Assembly (NCBI GenBank): GCA_965226795.1
Contig: CBDDDZ010000004.1
Span: 32,001 to 96,000 of the forward strand
Length of the DNA: 64,000 bases
Direction: 5' to 3'
DNA from: Candidatus Latescibacterota bacterium
Lineage (GTDB): Bacteria > Latescibacterota > UBA2968 > GCA-2709665
Shown here one piece after another: positions 60,714-64,000 of the stretch. The position numbers were made by a program, and so were the translations under genes. The notes beneath the pieces were generated by a model, which had not been told where the DNA came from, did not search any database, and saw nothing but the letters and a program-made list of their open reading frames with translations. Every line of letters starts with the position of its first letter. Position 1 is the stretch's first letter.

Positions 60714-61664
60714 TCAAACCGGAAAGCGCTCGCAGCCCAGCGCTTGCGCCATTGCCCTGATGTGCGACGGGCCCGCGCCGCAGCAGGCGCCGATGAAGTT
60801 GATTCCCTCTGCCTTCGCCTTCAGGGCATATTCCGCCATCTCGCTGCCCGACACGATCATAGACTCACGGATCACCGAATTGTTGGGGCCGGCATGGCGA
60901 TAACCCTGTGGCTGATACGCGATGGGGATATCCACGGCCTCCCGCATCGCCAGAACGCCCGGCCACATGGTCATTGAATCGCCAGCGCAAACCAGGCCGA
61001 CGATATCCGCGCCCTCGTCCGCCAGGACCTTCGCACACTCGGCTGGCGTGGCGCCGTCCTGCGTGCGGCTGCTCGAACCCATCAGCACCATTGCGGGAAC
61101 GTCCGTTTTCTTGCAGCGCGACAGGCACAGCCGGGCTTCGTCCAGCCGCGCGAACGTTTCCGGCACCAGAAGCCCGGCGCCCGCGTCCACCATCCAGGAA
61201 ATGTGCTCGTCCCACTCCGCGCATGCCCGCTCGCGCGCCCGTGCGTTGTCGGGCCTGAAAATGTATGGCCCGGTCCACGAGCCCGCAGCCGTCTGGTTCA
61301 GGCACCCGGCGACCAGGGCTTCGCCGCCGGAAGCCTCCAGGGCCAGCCGGATTGCCGTGCGGGAAATCTCCTCCAATCGGACCTCCTGTCCTGCCTGCGC
61401 CGAGACCTGCTCGGCAGGCAGGCCGCTGGGCCGTTCGCCCGGTTTATAACGGCGTACGAGTTGCGACCGGCTGGTCCACCAGGTCTGTGCCTGAAGTACA
61501 TGGGATCCGGCCCTGAAGAAATCCTGATGGATCTGACGCAACGCGTCCGGATCTTCCAGAATCATACCGGGCGTTTCGTACCCCCGCCACCTCGCCTCGA
61601 TAATCATCCCCCCGTCGCTGAGAACAACGCCCTCCTCCAGCATCTTCAATATGTCCCTGCCCAT
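60714..61664 (-). CDS. Homocysteine S-methyltransferase (BHMT-like) family protein
   Basis: VVLSDGGM, HQDFFRAG, ETF, GADIVGLVC, FIGACCG (Zn ligands present). Confidence 0.88.
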   Translation of the reverse strand: MGRDILKMLEEGVVLSDGGMIIEARWRGYETPGMILEDPDALRQIHQDFFRAGSHVLQAQTWWTSRSQLVRRYKPGERPSGLPAEQVSAQAGQEVRLEEISRTAIRLALEASGGEALVAGCLNQTAAGSWTGPYIFRPDNARARERACAEWDEHISWMVDAGAGLLVPETFARLDEARLCLSRCKKTDVPAMVLMGSSSRTQDGATPAECAKVLADEGADIVGLVCAGDSMTMWPGVLAMREAVDIPIAYQPQGYRHAGPNNSVIRESMIVSGSEMAEYALKAKAEGINFIGACCGAGPSHIRAMAQALGCERFPV

Positions 61665-61788
61665 CCTGATCCTCCTGTGCAAGAATCACCCGCGAGTTCC
61701 GATCTATCGCCCGGCGCCAACCTTCCTTTCCCGTCTTCTTCCTCCTGCTGCCCTTAACGCGGCACGCGCCGACATTCCTCGTTATTCG

Positions 61789-62724
61789 TTATCGCGGCCG
61801 GAGTTCGATGTGTTTCCGTTCGCAGTCCAATGCCTGGGCCATCGAGCGGAGGAGTCGAACGACCACCCCGCCGGACCCGCCTACAAAGCGAATATCGTGC
61901 GCAATCGCCTTCAACGCGTACTGTCCCAGTTCCATCCCGTAGACGTGCATGGCCTCCCGCATCCGCTTCCAGTGTGGCCGGCACGTCCGATACCCATTCG
62001 GCAGAAAGGCAACCGGGGTGTCCACTGCTTCCCGCATTTCAAGCACAACGGGCCACAGGTCTTCCGGCTCCCGAATGCCGCCCCCGCCCACGACGTCGGC
62101 GCCGGCGCCGGCCAGGACACGCGCGCACTCGGCGGGCGCGACACCATCGGCGGTTACTTCGTCCTCTCGAAGCACGGGGTTATTCAACCGCCCCTCCGGC
62201 AATGCGATATCCACCGAAACCACCACCGGCAGTGTCGCGGTCTTGCAGCACCCAAGCGCCAGGCGCGCCTCGTCAAGCCGGCCGAACGACTCACAGACAA
62301 GCAGGTCCACGCTCGCGTCGGCCAATATCTCGACCTGTTCCTCCCACTCCGCCCGGGCACGGTCCGCAGATCCCGCGTCATCGGCCTGAAAGGCCCCCGT
62401 GGAGGACAGCGTCCCCGCCACCAGTGCCTCCCCGCTGGCCGCACCCTTCGCCAGCGCCACGGCCCTCCGGTTCAACGCGTCGACCTGATCGACCCCACCC
62501 GCTTTCCCCCGCTCGCCAAGCCCGGTTCGGGTACACTGACCCGTCAGGGCTCTGATCACGCCGGCGCCTGCCCGGAAAAAATCCTGGTGGACCAGCCGCA
62601 CCGCGTCGGGGAAGTCTTCCAGCACCCACGGCGATGAATATCCCCGCAGCCTCAGTTCCTCCACGTTTCCACCATCTCCCAGCACGAAACCCCGCTCAAG
62701 AGAACTCAGAACGGCCTCAGCCAT
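61789..62724 (-). CDS. Homocysteine S-methyltransferase-like protein lacking the Zn-binding cysteines
   Basis: VLGDGG, HQDFFRAG, ESF, but GADVVGGGG and FVGGSGG replace GxxC and GxCCG. Confidence 0.82.
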   Translation of the reverse strand: MAEAVLSSLERGFVLGDGGNVEELRLRGYSSPWVLEDFPDAVRLVHQDFFRAGAGVIRALTGQCTRTGLGERGKAGGVDQVDALNRRAVALAKGAASGEALVAGTLSSTGAFQADDAGSADRARAEWEEQVEILADASVDLLVCESFGRLDEARLALGCCKTATLPVVVSVDIALPEGRLNNPVLREDEVTADGVAPAECARVLAGAGADVVGGGGIREPEDLWPVVLEMREAVDTPVAFLPNGYRTCRPHWKRMREAMHVYGMELGQYALKAIAHDIRFVGGSGGVVVRLLRSMAQALDCERKHIELRPR

Positions 62725-62767
62725 AAACTGCCTCCTCTCCAATCTCAAAATGGTCCTGTTTTGCTGG

Positions 62768-64000
62768 TCAATGCCAGCTGTGTACCCTGTGTCCCGAATG
62801 CGGGAACCAGATGGCGTCCACGACCGTACCCGCGATCACCGCCAGGATGTATCCCGTCAGGATCCCGATAAAAAAGGGCAACGATCGCCGGTAGAATGCC
62901 GTGCCGCCAATCCTGAGCATGAGGAATTTGATCAGCCACGCGACCAGAAGCGTGAGGCTTTCCAATCTGGCGAATATCGTACCCGAAAGCGCGAACCCCA
63001 CCGGGTGAAGCCGCCATCTGGGAAGCCGGTATCGCATCAGGTTCAAGGCTGTCATCACAACAGTTCCCGCGAGAAACAGCCAGTATTCCACCGCCAGGAT
63101 CGGCCGTGGGTTGCGCAGCGCGTCCACCGCCAGACCGTAGTTCCATTCACCCTCGTGAAGAATCAACCAGTTCGGTTGAAAATTGTACCCCCCCATGGTG
63201 TAGGCCAGCCAGACTGTTTGGAGTGTCGAAACCACCGTGCCGAGTATGAAGGCCCCGAACACCCCCCAGAAAAAGCGTCGCTTGCCTTCGGGGATAAAAT
63301 CACCCAGGCGGTTCACCTGCGCAATCATCGGCAGCGCGAAACTCCTGGGGTGGTTGACCGTGAACGGCAGGAGGCTGGAGGCGGCGTTTGTGGAAGGACC
63401 GAGCCTGTGCGCCCCGCCCAGCGCGAACAGCGCGTAATCCCAAGCCACCGCCGGCGGATCGACGTAGACCAGCCCCGAGTCGGCGACCACCTTCGCCACG
63501 CCCACGTACGCGATAAACATGGCCGGCGTCAAAACCAGGATCATCCCCGGCTCGATTCCGATCTGCGCGAGCCAGGCCACAATGTACACGCAGCAGACGA
63601 CCAGCCCGAGGACGGCGGCACGATAGGATATCCACTCCCTGCTGTCATCCAGGGTGGAACGATCCGGACGGACGGCCTTCCGGAAAACCTCGCGCAGGTG
63701 CCCCCTGGAGATCCAGAGCCACCAGATGACCAGCGCCGCGAAGGCACCGGCCGTCTGGAACTTGTAGCTCGTCAGGTTGTACGGGCCGGAGCCGTAGTGC
63801 GGGGACGTCGCCACCACGCCCAGTCGATTCAGAAGGCCGGCTTCAATCATATAAAGGATGTCGAAGAACCAGATGCTGAAGAGTACTTCCAGGTTGGCGA
63901 AATATGAAAAGCATATGACGAATACGCTCAGGTAGATGCAGAAAGGGGGATACTGTTTGGGCAGGAGATCCCACACGTAGTTCATGCGGGTGTTCATCAC
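62768..64000 (-). CDS. DUF6785/DUF6784-type membrane protein, paralog of 55966..57945, 5-prime end outside the window
   Basis: Highly similar segments WDLLPKxYPPF, EAGxLNR, YNFQPNWLI, HPVGFALSG. Confidence 0.82.
   Translation of the reverse strand: MMNTRMNYVWDLLPKQYPPFCIYLSVFVICFSYFANLEVLFSIWFFDILYMIEAGLLNRLGVVATSPHYGSGPYNLTSYKFQTAGAFAALVIWWLWISRGHLREVFRKAVRPDRSTLDDSREWISYRAAVLGLVVCCVYIVAWLAQIGIEPGMILVLTPAMFIAYVGVAKVVADSGLVYVDPPAVAWDYALFALGGAHRLGPSTNAASSLLPFTVNHPRSFALPMIAQVNRLGDFIPEGKRRFFWGVFGAFILGTVVSTLQTVWLAYTMGGYNFQPNWLILHEGEWNYGLAVDALRNPRPILAVEYWLFLAGTVVMTALNLMRYRLPRWRLHPVGFALSGTIFARLESLTLLVAWLIKFLMLRIGGTAFYRRSLPFFIGILTGYILAVIAGTVVDAIWFPHSGHRVHSWH

Overview
A high-GC bacterial chromosome segment. 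The short RpoD, the WD40 plus DFDGDG-dockerin-like proteins, the DUF6785-type transporters and the BMC locus suggest an FCB-group candidate phylum such as Latescibacterota (inference). Left to right: (1) a minus-strand surface-polysaccharide cluster (flippase, MraY/WecA-type transferase, DegT aminotransferase, GT2, frameshifted O-antigen ligase/polymerase, Wzi-like). (2) A plus-strand PVM-like bacterial microcompartment (BMC) locus (PduL, 2 BMC-H, 3 BMC-P, aldehyde dehydrogenase, class II aldolase, AckA) containing two unusual inserted genes. (3) Housekeeping and envelope genes (HtrA, RpoD, DUF2723, rhomboid, M23, PpiD-like). (4) A heparinase II/III, AraD1/GguC and amidohydrolase cluster. (5) Secreted cadherin-like and WD40-dockerin genes and a broken vapBC locus. 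(6) A complete 2748-bp IS1595-family element with 23-bp TIRs, an 8-bp TSD, four cargo ORFs and a candidate structured RNA. (7) A long minus-strand uncharacterised catabolic cluster (Gfo/Idh/MocA, DegT, DUF6785 transporters, FG-GAP protein, two BHMT-like proteins, one lacking all Zn ligands). Seven small frameshifts are visible and may be read or assembly errors. No rRNA, tRNA or CRISPR array was seen. All family calls come from motif recognition by eye, not database searches.
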